IMG/VR virus record: IMGVR_UViG_3300047669_002090
Coordinates: 1 to 32,906 of that record
Strand: one strand, 5' to 3'
DNA length: 32,906 bases
Source of the DNA: a virus
Taxonomy: Duplodnaviria; Caudoviricetes
In this document: positions 22,530 through 31,802 of the stretch, piece by piece
Numbering within the stretch: the first letter of the stretch is position 1
How the letters are laid out: each line of letters opens with the position of its first letter
Made by a program: the position numbers and the translations under genes
The notes under the pieces: generated by a model
What the model saw: the letters and a program-made list of their open reading frames with translations, nothing else
Databases searched by the model: none
What the model was told of the DNA's origin: nothing

Positions 22530-23565
22530 ACAGCAAAAAGCATATATAGATGCTAACCATAAGGCCACTCCTGACTTAATAGAGTTAACGAGGAAGGTCT
22601 TTAATGATGATTCTTTGGACGGACGAACCAAAGAGGGAAAGGCGGTGCGTAGCTATCTGGTGGAATGCGGCCTTAAATATAATACTACCAAAAGCAAAAA
22701 GGCAAAAAGAATAATTTTAACTGGCGAAGAAAAAGAATTCATAGAGCGATCTGCTCAAGACGAAATGAATGCGTTTCAAATCGCCTGCATTATTTGGCCA
22801 CAAGCACACATCACTCCTTTAAGTAAGGAAACCCTAGTGGTTGCCGAACACATTAAGAGTCAAAAGCCTAATTTGTTACAACTAACAGATTCAGCCTTAG
22901 GTGATGATTACGCACCTCCTCAGACGCTTTCTGCGACGATTAAATTAATCAACACTTACGCTCTTGAGGAAATCCGCATAGACAAACTAGCGCTTAGGGA
23001 AAAGAATTGCGCAGAATCATTATTAAAGTTTCTCTCTAGTCCCAGGCTTTTACAGGTTATTAACACTTATGGAGACATAACTGACAGACAATTGTTTGAA
23101 GCAGAGTTTATTCGTACTACTTGGGAGAAATTCGACTTAACAGCAGATGAAATAAATCTATATATCAATGTATGCATAGACTATGTTAATCTAAAGAACA
23201 TAACCAAAGCAATGGAAAAACTAAATAGAATGTTCCATGAAGCAGAGGATCAAAGGGATATGACAGTAAGACTTGCTGAGTTATTAAAAACTAAAAGCGA
23301 CGAATACAATCAATGCGAAAAGAGAATGGAGTCGCTCGTCAACCGTTTAAACGGTGACAGGGCGCGTAGAATACAAGGCAGACAAGAGGAGAATGCATCT
23401 GTTCTATCTTTAGTACAATTATTCCAGGATGAGAATGAGCGTCAAATTATGTTAAGGATGGCTGAAATGCAAAAAGAAGTCGTTGAGGATAAGGCTCTAG
23501 AATTAGAATCTATGCCTGCATGGAAAGCGAGAGTCCTGGGAATCAGTAAAGGTGATGCGATATGA
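22510..23565 (+). CDS. hypothetical helical/coiled-coil protein upstream of terminase
   Basis: 351-aa coupled ORF, function not recognised. Confidence 0.75.
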   Translation: MDQSLTEQQKAYIDANHKATPDLIELTRKVFNDDSLDGRTKEGKAVRSYLVECGLKYNTTKSKKAKRIILTGEEKEFIERSAQDEMNAFQIACIIWPQAHITPLSKETLVVAEHIKSQKPNLLQLTDSALGDDYAPPQTLSATIKLINTYALEEIRIDKLALREKNCAESLLKFLSSPRLLQVINTYGDITDRQLFEAEFIRTTWEKFDLTADEINLYINVCIDYVNLKNITKAMEKLNRMFHEAEDQRDMTVRLAELLKTKSDEYNQCEKRMESLVNRLNGDRARRIQGRQEENASVLSLVQLFQDENERQIMLRMAEMQKEVVEDKALELESMPAWKARVLGISKGDAI

Positions 23566-24515
23566 TAGATCCTTTAAAACCGAACTTATACTGCAAGATA
23601 TGTAGCGAGTCGTTTAAGTCTGAACGCTCTTTACATTCTCATTTTAAAAAACATAAGCTTACATTGGCAGAATACTATTGTCAAGAGTATCCGCGAATCA
23701 ATAAGTTCAGCGGTGACCCGCTGCCCTTTAAGAATAAGTTTGATTATTTCACTAAGGATTTTACTTCAAGGGTTCAAATGAATAAATGGATTGGTAAATC
23801 ACCCGCAGACGAAGTCAAGGAATACATTCTTGATCAGCTAAGGTATCGTATTCAGAATAAAAATTTGAGATTTGCTCCCTTTCACCTTGAAATTGAAACA
23901 TTGAAATTACCATCGCTTAATGTTTTTATTGAGCATTTTGGATCGTATTCTAGTGTGTGTAAATTACTTGAAATTGAGCCACTTTTTAAAAGGGGGCTTG
24001 CTGCTCCCGAGCAATTTTTTGAAGATAACAAAAAATTTGAAGACGTCAAGATATTCGTAGATACCCGAGAGCAAAAACCATTAGACTTTAAGGAATCCTC
24101 TTCAATGAAGCTAGACTTTGGGGACTATACCACGGGGGGCGAAAATTACACCTATACCTACGTTGACCGTAAAAGCGAGTCAGACTTTAAGTCTACATTA
24201 AGCACGGGGCTTGAGCGCTTTAAAAAAGAACTAGATCGAGCCAGAGAGTTCAATAGCTATCTATATATAGTGGTGGAGAGCAGCATTGAGAAGGTAAAGA
24301 AGAACAATATATTCGGCGCGCACAAATCTAACCTGGAATATATCTTTCATAATCTGCGTAATCTCACTCATGACTATCATGATGTATGTCAATTTATATT
24401 TAGCGGAAATCGACGAAACTCAGAAATCCTTATTCCTAAACTACTTCTTGGAGGAGAAAAGTTGTGGAATATAGATTTTCAGTATCATGTAGACAAATAT
24501 GCAGCTAGTACTTAA
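23562..24515 (+). CDS. C2H2 zinc finger + ERCC4 (XPF/Mus81-type) nuclease
   Basis: CKIC..F.S..SLHSH..KH, VDTREQ, LDFGDY, VDRKS..DF, YIVVE. Confidence 0.8.
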   Translation: MIDPLKPNLYCKICSESFKSERSLHSHFKKHKLTLAEYYCQEYPRINKFSGDPLPFKNKFDYFTKDFTSRVQMNKWIGKSPADEVKEYILDQLRYRIQNKNLRFAPFHLEIETLKLPSLNVFIEHFGSYSSVCKLLEIEPLFKRGLAAPEQFFEDNKKFEDVKIFVDTREQKPLDFKESSSMKLDFGDYTTGGENYTYTYVDRKSESDFKSTLSTGLERFKKELDRAREFNSYLYIVVESSIEKVKKNNIFGAHKSNLEYIFHNLRNLTHDYHDVCQFIFSGNRRNSEILIPKLLLGGEKLWNIDFQYHVDKYAAST

Positions 24516-24729
24516 ACGAAAGAAATTTGGAGGGATCTATACCTGTATCCCTGGGTTTGTGAATATTAACCTAGATGGTAGAGTTATGGTAGATGAAGGG
24601 GACGCAGAACGGGCGAGAGAAATGATTGAATATGATGTTTATATTAATCCTTATGACAAATGGATGGATTTAACATACGCCTATAACGAGGGGTTCTTGG
24701 ACTCCAATCAACTTAAAAACTGGAAATGA
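24499..24729 (+). CDS. hypothetical protein
   Basis: Coupled ORF between the nuclease and terminase. Confidence 0.55.
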   Translation: MQLVLKRKKFGGIYTCIPGFVNINLDGRVMVDEGDAERAREMIEYDVYINPYDKWMDLTYAYNEGFLDSNQLKNWK

Positions 24730-26609
24730 GCTGGGAAAACGGAAAGCAAGAATATGAGAAAAACGATGTCAATGAGCGAGTCGCTAATGCCAAAGGCCTT
24801 CTTGAGGAGAAACAGGCCAAGCTATTGTTATATGAATTTTTAAGGGAAAATACTACATTTACTGTCGACCTACTGAGCGGAGTAAAGTTATTTCCTTTTC
24901 AGCATATGGCTATCAAGTCTATGTTTAAAACTGATTATTTTATGGGCGTGTGGTCACGAGGTATGTCTAAATCTTTTACTACTGCTATCTTTGCATACTT
25001 GGATGCTATTTTAAATCAGGGCGTAGAAATTGGCATCTTATCTAAATCGTTTAGGCAGGCCAAAATGATCTTTAGAAAAATAGAAGATATTGCCGCAAAG
25101 CCTGAGGCGAAGTACCTGTCTCAATGTATTACCCGAAAATCAAAACAAAACGACCAATGGACCTTGGAGTTTGGGGATAGCAAAATCCATGCGCTGCCCT
25201 TAGGCGACGGGGAGAAATTGCGTGGGTTTCGTTTCCACAGGATTATTATTGACGAGTTTCTTTTGATGCCTGAAAGAATTTATAACGAAGTTATCGTACC
25301 CTTTTTATCCGTAGTGCAAAACCCTACCCAAAGAGAAGACCTGTATGTTCTTGAGACAAAGTTAATTGAACAGGGAAAGATGAAAGAAGAGGACAGGCAT
25401 CAATGGCCCAACAATAAACTCATTGCTTTATCTTCTGCTTCTTATAAATTTGAGTACATGTACAAACTTTATCAGGAATTTGAGAATCTTATTCATGGGC
25501 GTGTTAAGGAAGAGGAAAATCCTTATGGAGCTAATGCTCGACGAGTCATTATGCACTTTTCTTATGATTCTGCTCCGCAAGCCCTCTATGACCAAAACCT
25601 CATAAATCAAGCTCGTTCGTCAATGAGCCAGAGCCAGTTTGATCGAGAGTTTGGAGCTATCTTTACGGATGACAGTAGCGGCTATTTTAAAACGTCTACC
25701 ATGGCCAAATGCACAGTGCCAGACGGGGACACTCCGTCCCTAGAGATTGGCGGGGACCCGAGCTCTAAGTATATCTTAGCTTTTGACCCAAGCTGGGCAG
25801 AGACGGAAAGTAGTGATGATTTTGCTATGCAAGTCTTAAAACTTAATGAATCTAACAATACATCAGTACTTGTTCATAGCTATGCATTGCCTGGGGCCAA
25901 ACTAAAAGACCACATTAATTATTTTCATTATCTTTTAAAGAACTTTAATATTGTATCTATCGTTGGAGACTATAATGGAGGAGTGCAGTTTATTAACTCT
26001 GTAAACGAAAGCAAGCTATTTAAAGACGATAAAATACAAATTGGGATTATTGAGGCCAAGTTTGATGACTTAACTAAATATGATGAATCTCTCATAGATG
26101 CAAAAAGGCAATACCAAGATGGCAAAATATGTTATTTAAGAACCCCTACTTCTGGCTGGATCAGGCAAGGAAATGAAATGTTGCAAAAAAACTTCGATCA
26201 TAAAAAAATCTGGTTCGCAGCTAGAGCAATTAATGATGAATACCATACTCAAAGAAAAAAACGAATCCCCATTAAGGATATTAAGTATATCTCCGAAAAG
26301 GCTGACGCGGCCTCTTTGTCTATGACTGGCGGCGCCAAGATGATTGACTTTCTTGAACACCAGCATGATATGATAAGTTTAACCAAGGCTGAATGCGCCC
26401 TTATCCAAATCAAGACTTCTCCTCAAGGAACACAGACTTTTGATTTGCCTGATAATCTTAAACGACAAACAGGCCCTCATAAGGCGCGCAAAGACTCCTA
26501 TTCCGCATTAGTTCTTGGAAATTGGATGGTACAAATATATTATGACATGATGAGTGCGCAAGCTAAGCCCCCGCCGCTCCAGGGCTTTACTCCTATGTTT
26601 ATAAGATAA
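24726..26609 (+). CDS. terL: terminase large subunit
   Basis: LFPFQ adenine motif, SRGMSKS Walker A, LRGFR..IIIDE Walker B, LSSA motif III, RNase H-like AFDPS..DD and KDSYSAL. Confidence 0.9.
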   Translation: MSWENGKQEYEKNDVNERVANAKGLLEEKQAKLLLYEFLRENTTFTVDLLSGVKLFPFQHMAIKSMFKTDYFMGVWSRGMSKSFTTAIFAYLDAILNQGVEIGILSKSFRQAKMIFRKIEDIAAKPEAKYLSQCITRKSKQNDQWTLEFGDSKIHALPLGDGEKLRGFRFHRIIIDEFLLMPERIYNEVIVPFLSVVQNPTQREDLYVLETKLIEQGKMKEEDRHQWPNNKLIALSSASYKFEYMYKLYQEFENLIHGRVKEEENPYGANARRVIMHFSYDSAPQALYDQNLINQARSSMSQSQFDREFGAIFTDDSSGYFKTSTMAKCTVPDGDTPSLEIGGDPSSKYILAFDPSWAETESSDDFAMQVLKLNESNNTSVLVHSYALPGAKLKDHINYFHYLLKNFNIVSIVGDYNGGVQFINSVNESKLFKDDKIQIGIIEAKFDDLTKYDESLIDAKRQYQDGKICYLRTPTSGWIRQGNEMLQKNFDHKKIWFAARAINDEYHTQRKKRIPIKDIKYISEKADAASLSMTGGAKMIDFLEHQHDMISLTKAECALIQIKTSPQGTQTFDLPDNLKRQTGPHKARKDSYSALVLGNWMVQIYYDMMSAQAKPPPLQGFTPMFIR

Positions 26610-27277
26610 TGGGTCTATTTAAGCCGTATAGGTCCGACTTTTTAAAACTTAGCTGGCAGAACGTATATTACGGCAAAGACATTATTCTTTGTGGTACAGG
26701 TCCATCATTGTGGGATGTAGACCCCCAGCAACTCCGAAATAAAAACAAATCTATTTTTGGGCTTAATAATTCTTTTAATTTAATAGAGCCCGATTTCTGG
26801 ATGGGTGTAGATGAACCTTCAGCCTTTAAGTCTTCTTTGGCACAGTCTGAATGTATTAAGTTTTTTAGCTGGAACCACCGCAAAAACAAGAAAATTAAAA
26901 AGGCACAGAATGTTTATTTTTATAAACTTTATGGGGTCGAAAAGGTAAGCAATGGAGAATTTAGTTCAGACGTATGTTTTTCTGGCCCCTATATTTCTTT
27001 CCTTTTTGAGGGCTATACTTTTTCTATGGCCTTGCAAATGATATATTGGCTAGGATTCAGAAGAGTCTTCCTGGTGGGTTGCGATTTTGGAGGGGATAGC
27101 CAGCTTTCTAAATTATCGACAAAAGTCTATAAAGAAGGAGGGCAACAAGAGAATCTAACTAAAGCATTAGATTTTTTAAAAGTTACTAGCAATTCAGGTG
27201 GCTTAGATATAATATCATGTACGGAGAATTCTCCTATTAATGAATTTTTAGCTTATAAACCCTTATCCGAAATCTAA
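26609..27277 (+). CDS. Maf/DUF115 (MptE-like, glycosyltransferase-like) protein
   Basis: IILCGTGPSL, FGLNN, ALQMIYWLGFRRVFLVGCDF, IISCT. Confidence 0.7.
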   Translation: MGLFKPYRSDFLKLSWQNVYYGKDIILCGTGPSLWDVDPQQLRNKNKSIFGLNNSFNLIEPDFWMGVDEPSAFKSSLAQSECIKFFSWNHRKNKKIKKAQNVYFYKLYGVEKVSNGEFSSDVCFSGPYISFLFEGYTFSMALQMIYWLGFRRVFLVGCDFGGDSQLSKLSTKVYKEGGQQENLTKALDFLKVTSNSGGLDIISCTENSPINEFLAYKPLSEI

Positions 27278-27414
27278 TGTCCTTAGAAGTTATCTATCAC
27301 TTACGCCAGGAAATAAAAGCCAAAGACCAAGAGCTTTGCCAACTTAAGAAGGCAAACCAAAGCTTACTGAAGGAAGTAGCAGAGCTAAAAAAAGACCTTA
27401 TTCCTAAAAGTTAG
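27277..27414 (+). CDS. small coiled-coil protein (45 aa)
   Basis: TAATG coupling, heptad pattern. Confidence 0.5.
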   Translation: MSLEVIYHLRQEIKAKDQELCQLKKANQSLLKEVAELKKDLIPKS

Positions 27415-27458
27415 AAAGTTAACTTTTAACTTTGGGGGACTTTCGTGTATAATACTTT

Positions 27459-29465
27459 ATGCCGAGACCATATAAGAAAAGATCTGATTACTGGAAGAAG
27501 TTTGACGCCGACGGAAACAAGAAGCCGTTAGAGAGCCTATATGAGATGCACGGCTCCAAAGAGTGGAGTCCTTCATTTGAAGGGGAACCTTATTATTTCG
27601 CACAAGCAGGCTATAGTCGCAGCTCGGGATCGGGCGGTAGTACGAGTTATCGACAGAACGCTGCCGCCTCCCAGCCTATACTTAATAGATTTGCGAATAT
27701 TGCGGAGGGTATGTTGCCTTATAATTATCGCGATCAAGGATATGTAGATATTCAAGACGCCATTCAATTGTGCCAGAAAGCATATGCAAATATAGCGATC
27801 TTTAGAAATACTATTGATGTTATGTCTGAGTTCTCTAACTCTAATATATATCTCCAGGGAGGTAATGACAAGGTCCGTAAATTTATCTATAAATGGTTAG
27901 AAAAAATTAAATGCTGGGAAATTAAAGATCAGTACTTTAGAGAATATTATCGTAGTGGTAATGTATTTATTTATAGAATTGATGGTAAGTATTCAACGGC
28001 CGACATCCAAAAAATGCAGACTGTTTATGGTGCCACTGGGGAGTATATTGAAAGCGGTAAGATCCCTATTATGTATACTTTTTTAAATCCTTTTGATATT
28101 ATCGCTAAGCGAGCATTGACTTTTAGTAAGAAAGGGGGAAGATATGGTAATTACGCTAAGCTCCTATCGGAATATGAACTAGAATCATTGAGAGACCCCA
28201 AGACTGATTACGACAAGGAAGTCTTTGACGCGCTAGATGAGATCACAAAAAAAAGAATTAGGGATGGGAGCTTTACGTCCCAAGGCGTAACAGTCCTTTT
28301 GGACGCTAAGAGATTAATATATTCTTTTTATAAAAAGCAGGATTATGAGCCCTTTGCGATGCCTTTCGGTTTCCCTGTATTAGATGACCTTAACTGGAAG
28401 ATTGAGTTGAAGAAAATAGACCAAGCTATCGTTCAAACTGTAGAAAATGTTATTCTCCTTATTACGATGGGCTCCGAACCTGAGAAGGGTGGCATTAATC
28501 CTCATAACCTCACGGCTATGCAGAATTTATTCCGCAATGAGAGCGTGGGTCGAGTATTAGTCTCTGACTATACAACTAAAGCTGATTTCGTAATGCCCGA
28601 TTTAAATAAGGTATTAGGCTCCGAAAAATATAAAGTAGTTAATGAAGATATTAGAGAAGGTCTCCAGAATATTATTGTGGGGAATGAGAAGTATAAAAAT
28701 ACAGAAGTTAAGGCTCGCATATTTTTGGAAAGACTAAAAGAGTCTCGACAAGCATTTTTAAATGATTTTTTACAGCCACAAATTAAATTAGTATGTCAAT
28801 CCTTGGGCTTTCGCGATTATCCCATTGCTTCCTTTGAGGATATAGACCTTAAAGATGAAACACAATTCCAGCGTGTGACCACTAGATTAATGGAACTTGG
28901 CATTCTTACTCCTGATCAGGGAATTAGAGCTATCGAAAGTGGAGTGTTCCCCAATAAAGATGACTTGGCAGCTGCTCAAAAGACTTATGTGGATGATCGC
29001 GAAAAGGGTTATTACAATCCTTTAGTGGGTGGCGTCCCTATGGTATCTCCCGCAATAGATGAGGCTGGGCCTCCCCTCCTCAATCAAACACCCGAGTCGC
29101 CAGGTCGACCAGGAGGCACAAAAGAAATAGAGCAAACTGAGGCTTCAACAAAGACCTACAGTAGAAAGGGCGTACAAGGCATTGTTTATAAAATAGAAGA
29201 GTTAAGAAAGTTTTTAAGCAAAGAGGCCAAGGCTCACTTGAATATTAAAAGAATGAGCCAACAGAAAAAACAGCTCGTGGATTCTCTGTGTGAGAATGTC
29301 GTTATCGCGTCTGAAACCAAAGACTGGGAAAAGAAAGGTAAGGAGTGCATTATAGATTTTAGTAATATAGAATCTTTAAGCGTATTACCAGAAATTAATC
29401 AAATCGCCGCTGAGCATCAGATCAAGCTATACGAGGCTTCCCTTTTGTACCACAGCAATAAATAG
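27459..29465 (+). CDS. portal protein
   Basis: 668 aa between terminase and protease, IFRNTID.M..F and EYYRSGNVFIY portal-like segments. Mostly synteny. Confidence 0.78.
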   Translation: MPRPYKKRSDYWKKFDADGNKKPLESLYEMHGSKEWSPSFEGEPYYFAQAGYSRSSGSGGSTSYRQNAAASQPILNRFANIAEGMLPYNYRDQGYVDIQDAIQLCQKAYANIAIFRNTIDVMSEFSNSNIYLQGGNDKVRKFIYKWLEKIKCWEIKDQYFREYYRSGNVFIYRIDGKYSTADIQKMQTVYGATGEYIESGKIPIMYTFLNPFDIIAKRALTFSKKGGRYGNYAKLLSEYELESLRDPKTDYDKEVFDALDEITKKRIRDGSFTSQGVTVLLDAKRLIYSFYKKQDYEPFAMPFGFPVLDDLNWKIELKKIDQAIVQTVENVILLITMGSEPEKGGINPHNLTAMQNLFRNESVGRVLVSDYTTKADFVMPDLNKVLGSEKYKVVNEDIREGLQNIIVGNEKYKNTEVKARIFLERLKESRQAFLNDFLQPQIKLVCQSLGFRDYPIASFEDIDLKDETQFQRVTTRLMELGILTPDQGIRAIESGVFPNKDDLAAAQKTYVDDREKGYYNPLVGGVPMVSPAIDEAGPPLLNQTPESPGRPGGTKEIEQTEASTKTYSRKGVQGIVYKIEELRKFLSKEAKAHLNIKRMSQQKKQLVDSLCENVVIASETKDWEKKGKECIIDFSNIESLSVLPEINQIAAEHQIKLYEASLLYHSNK

Positions 29466-29500
29466 ACTTTTGTATTTTTCTTGTGTAACCCTTTAAGGCG

Positions 29501-31051
29501 ATGCAGGAGTTTAAATATAAAACGAGTTTTTCGAGCAAGATATTAAGTTGTTCTAGTCTGGAATCAAATGAATGGGTTCCGTGGAATATAAGCCAAGCCT
29601 CGCTAGATTCACTAGAAGGCCTAATGCCTTCATCGGTAGACTTAAATAAAAACATTGACCTTTTGGGCGTGGCATTTAATGCTGCCGTTGTTAATCGTTT
29701 TAATCGTAATGGTGATGGAATTAGCACCCAAACCGCGCTAGCCATTAAAGATTACTTTGTAAATAAGCCTACAAATATTGAACACGAAAGACACAAGGTC
29801 GTGGGCCATATCGTTGGCAGTTCCTTTAGCGACTTTAATACTAATAAACTTTTAAGCGATGAAGAGGTTACTGAAAACAATGGAGCTTTTAATATAGCTC
29901 TGGCGGCTGTAGTATATAAAACTGTTAATAAGCAATTTGCTGTAGCCTTAGAGAACGCGCAAACAGAAGGGCTCGATGAAGTGATATCTGCCAGTTGGGA
30001 AATAGGCTTTAATGATTACGCTATTGCTTTAGGAAGTAAGGATGTTCACGAAGCCCAGCTAATTACTGAACCCGATCAGATAAAAGAATTTGAAGGTTAT
30101 CTTCTTGCTAATGGCGGAAAAGGTAAAACTAAGGACGGCGTTGAAGTTTATCGTTTGGTAGTGGGAGAGGTTTATCCTTTAGGGATTGGCTTTACCACGA
30201 ATCCTGCGGCTGACGTTAACGGGCTGCACATAATAGAGCCTTTAAAAGATGAAAATTTAGATCTTAAATCTGAAGAAAACATTTCACATTTAAATAAAAC
30301 AACTGTAAACACTGAAAAAACTAACCCTAGACAATTAACTATGGAAAACAAAGAACTTATTCAACAACTAGAAGAAATTCTAGACGATAAGCTTTCCAAG
30401 AAGGAGTATGCGAAGGAAACTGTTGCCAGCATGGCGCAGCTGATTTCGGATGCAATCAAGGATAAAAGCGATCATTACGTCGAAGAAAAGAAACTTCTGG
30501 AAGAAGAAAAACAGCGTATTTCTCAGGCTGAAGAGCAATTCAAAACCTCCGTAAAGGAGATGGAAGAAAAGCTTACGTCAACCGAGGAAAAGCTCGATCT
30601 GCTCGAAGCTGAAAAGCAAGAGCGTGAAGCTAAGGCGCGTTTCAACTCCAGGATGACTGAAATTGACGAGCACTATGAGCTCGACGACGCAGACCGAAAG
30701 ATCGTAGCCTCCGAGATTACCTCTCTTGAAGAAGGCGATGAAAGCTTTAATACATTTAAAGAAAAACTGGAAGTCATGTGGAAAACTAAGTCCAAAGCTT
30801 ATGTTGAAGAACATCAGCAGGCAATAGAAGACCACATAGCCGAGGAAGTTGCTAAGCGACTTGCTGAAGCTGAAGTGGCCCCAGTAACCCAAGAAAGTGA
30901 ATCTACCGAGCAGATTTTTGAAAATGCAGAAGTAGAGGATGAAGAAGCAGCATTAACCAATAATAGCGCGGAAATTTCCAAGCAAGCGGCTACCCTGCAA
31001 GATCAATTTAAGTCGGTTTTTAACCGCGACAATGTTAACATCAAATACTAA
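29501..31051 (+). CDS. prohead protease fused to coiled-coil scaffold
   Basis: NRNGD, KPTNIEH, SASWE, GIGFTTNPAA protease-like motifs, then a long acidic coiled coil. Confidence 0.78.
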   Translation: MQEFKYKTSFSSKILSCSSLESNEWVPWNISQASLDSLEGLMPSSVDLNKNIDLLGVAFNAAVVNRFNRNGDGISTQTALAIKDYFVNKPTNIEHERHKVVGHIVGSSFSDFNTNKLLSDEEVTENNGAFNIALAAVVYKTVNKQFAVALENAQTEGLDEVISASWEIGFNDYAIALGSKDVHEAQLITEPDQIKEFEGYLLANGGKGKTKDGVEVYRLVVGEVYPLGIGFTTNPAADVNGLHIIEPLKDENLDLKSEENISHLNKTTVNTEKTNPRQLTMENKELIQQLEEILDDKLSKKEYAKETVASMAQLISDAIKDKSDHYVEEKKLLEEEKQRISQAEEQFKTSVKEMEEKLTSTEEKLDLLEAEKQEREAKARFNSRMTEIDEHYELDDADRKIVASEITSLEEGDESFNTFKEKLEVMWKTKSKAYVEEHQQAIEDHIAEEVAKRLAEAEVAPVTQESESTEQIFENAEVEDEEAALTNNSAEISKQAATLQDQFKSVFNRDNVNIKY

Positions 31052-31057
31052 TTAGTT

Positions 31058-31783
31058 ATGGCACTTAGAATATTACCATTCAGACAATATGCCGAACAAG
31101 ACGTGGTTAACCTGTATGCCCTACGTGGAACTGACGTGAATAGTCAGCTCAATACCAAGGGAGCGGGTGACGCTGGCGTTTTTGTTTCGGTAGAAATCGG
31201 GAAACTGGACGGAGGCCCTGTTACGTACGCTTCAAGTACGTATTTAGGCAAGACAGATTACCCTTATGTGGGAAAGAATCAATATCCTTCCACACAAATG
31301 CGAGTCAAGGTCGCGCTCACGGGAGACTCAATCCTGGGCATGACCCTTAATCAAACCGCCTTAAAGGACGAAAATGAAGAGAAGCTTCTTTATTACCCTC
31401 AAAAGGCTTTAGAAAACCAGGCCGTCCTTTCGGGGCAAACCGTTCCTGTATTAACTCGTGGCATTGTCACGCTTAATGGGAGCGCAGGTGGAGCTTTTGG
31501 AAATAATGCATATGTAGATGACGCTAATTGGGCGGTTGGCAATGCATGCATCCTCGGCGCGAACGAAGATGGACGACTTACGGGAGTACCCATTACATCG
31601 TCCCATCTACGGACGGTGAACATCTGGGGCAACGGCACAGATGAACTGGGCCGTATCCTGGCTACGGGATCAAGAGTTGCGGGAGTTACTGAGGACCAGT
31701 TCGCTGGCGCAGGAGGAACGCTTACCAATGCAGGCGCAACAGGCGCTTACTCAATAGTTCGAATTAATTGCGGACACGGATGA
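31058..31783 (+). CDS. head decoration/cement protein
   Basis: Gly-rich beta protein between scaffold and capsid, LGMTL...VPVLTRG pattern. Confidence 0.6.
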   Translation: MALRILPFRQYAEQDVVNLYALRGTDVNSQLNTKGAGDAGVFVSVEIGKLDGGPVTYASSTYLGKTDYPYVGKNQYPSTQMRVKVALTGDSILGMTLNQTALKDENEEKLLYYPQKALENQAVLSGQTVPVLTRGIVTLNGSAGGAFGNNAYVDDANWAVGNACILGANEDGRLTGVPITSSHLRTVNIWGNGTDELGRILATGSRVAGVTEDQFAGAGGTLTNAGATGAYSIVRINCGHG

Positions 31784-31802
31784 TTAGGAAGAGCTTAAAA
31801 CA

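Noticed and set aside
22034-31728. Short alternative-frame or antisense ORFs inside sigma, terminase, portal, protease and decoration genes
   Set aside because: Fully nested in well-supported genes.
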